39,677 nt of DNA from Gemmatimonadales bacterium (GTDB taxonomy: Bacteria > Gemmatimonadota > Gemmatimonadetes > Gemmatimonadales > GWC2-71-9): contig JBBQFH010000030.1 of assembly GCA_038321865.1 (NCBI GenBank), positions 1-39,677 on the forward strand, given 5' to 3'. This document shows, piece after piece, positions 37,051 through 39,677 of the stretch. Both the position numbers and the translations under genes were made by a program. Position 1 is the first letter of the stretch. The number at the start of each line of letters is the position of its first letter. The notes below the pieces were generated by a model that saw only the letters and a program-made list of their open reading frames with translations, did no database searches and was not told the DNA's origin.

Positions 37051-37614
37051 CTAGCTCACTCCGGCCCAGTTGATCACGTAGCGGCACACCTTCCCGCCTC
37101 GCGCCCGGCATTCCTCCTCCACGATCCGCACGCCCTGTGCACCGCACATCTCGAGCCCCTTCCGATGCCAGCCGATCACGGTGAGACAGTCGGGCGCGCT
37201 GAACGTCTCGGAGTCGTGGGTCGTGAGCGTCGCGGAGCGCTCACCCGTCCGCTCGTATTCGCGGCGGCCGGTTTCGTAGTACATCCCGTGGATGGCCGGC
37301 GCCTTGGCAAGGAAGCCCTGCGGATTGCCCTTCGTGATGTAGCCGCTGTGCACCCCGGTGAGATTCTTGGTGGCGGACGCCTCACCCAGCCGCTCGAAGA
37401 ACTCCGGCTTCCCGCCGCCCAGCACGGCGACGATGGCGTCATCGAGGCGGCGCCCGATGTCGAAGGCGTACCAGTTCGACGTGAACACCATACGGAGGGT
37501 GCGCTGGTCGTCCGGCGGCAGGCTGTCCACCACGCGCTGCAGCCCGGCCTTGCCGAAGTGCTCCTCCACGAAGGCGAGGCGGGACTTGAGTACGGCTCCC
37601 TTGATCTGCTGCAC
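37051..37614 (-). CDS. Hypothetical H-NOX-like/V4R-fold protein (TIGR02265-like)
   Basis: AGGAG RBS before GTG 37614; IKG...FVEEHFG, SNWY, DCLTVIGW, EEECRARGGKVCRY. Confidence 0.65.
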   Translation of the reverse strand: MQQIKGAVLKSRLAFVEEHFGKAGLQRVVDSLPPDDQRTLRMVFTSNWYAFDIGRRLDDAIVAVLGGGKPEFFERLGEASATKNLTGVHSGYITKGNPQGFLAKAPAIHGMYYETGRREYERTGERSATLTTHDSETFSAPDCLTVIGWHRKGLEMCGAQGVRIVEEECRARGGKVCRYVINWAGVS

Positions 37615-37709
37615 GCTGATCGCTCCTGATCTGACGGCTCCGGGTGGCGCCGGGCCTGGTCCTGCGAAGATAGGCATCGCGGCCGGAGGCTGCCAGCGGG
37701 AACGCGCGA

Positions 37710-39598
<1,889 letters not shown>

Positions 39599-39620
39599 CC
39601 GCCATCGTCCACCATCCCGG

Positions 39621-39677
39621 GTTCTCGGCCACGTGGGCGCCCCTGTTCCCGCGTTCTCGGCCCGGTGGGCGCCCCTG
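39621..39677 (+). repeat. Two 25-bp direct repeats, period 32
   Basis: GTTCTCGGCC[AC/CG]GTGGGCGCCCCTG at 39621-39645 and 39653-39677 (23/25 identical); the second copy ends at the window edge. Confidence 0.75.

Noticed and set aside
39621..39677. CRISPR array start
   Set aside because: Only two copies with a 7-nt gap and no cas genes in the window.

Overview
High-GC bacterial chromosomal segment with about 37 closely packed genes. The gene set (two CBM9-DUF5916 barrel proteins, a secreted beta-propeller, an M28 lipopeptidase, many lipoproteins) suggests Gemmatimonadota; this is an inference, not a search result. The main feature is a tightly coupled 7-gene operon (1558-9529): AcpS-type PPTase, carrier protein, atypical acyl-CoA dehydrogenase, SerRS-like amino acid:[carrier protein] ligase, DUF1839, cytoplasmic GH2 and a fused double alpha/beta hydrolase (Arg and Cys elbows). 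A sigma54-like -24/-12 element precedes it. I read it as a tRNA-independent aminoacyl-carrier pathway, probably modifying a glycan, whose product is unknown. A second module is a lipoprotein + histidine kinase + sigma54 activator operon followed by a TPR lipoprotein gene with its own -24/-12 element and two palindromic enhancer-like sites 33 bp apart. The rest is mostly housekeeping or envelope genes: msrA, ABC-F (Uup-like), nfo, an SSS transporter with a small partner, mreB, a sulfurtransferase, pdxH, and thiC under a TPP riboswitch. I found no tRNA, rRNA, CRISPR array or transposase. Several starts were moved downstream of the ORF-track starts using RBS and stop/start overlap evidence. Family calls come from motif recognition by eye.
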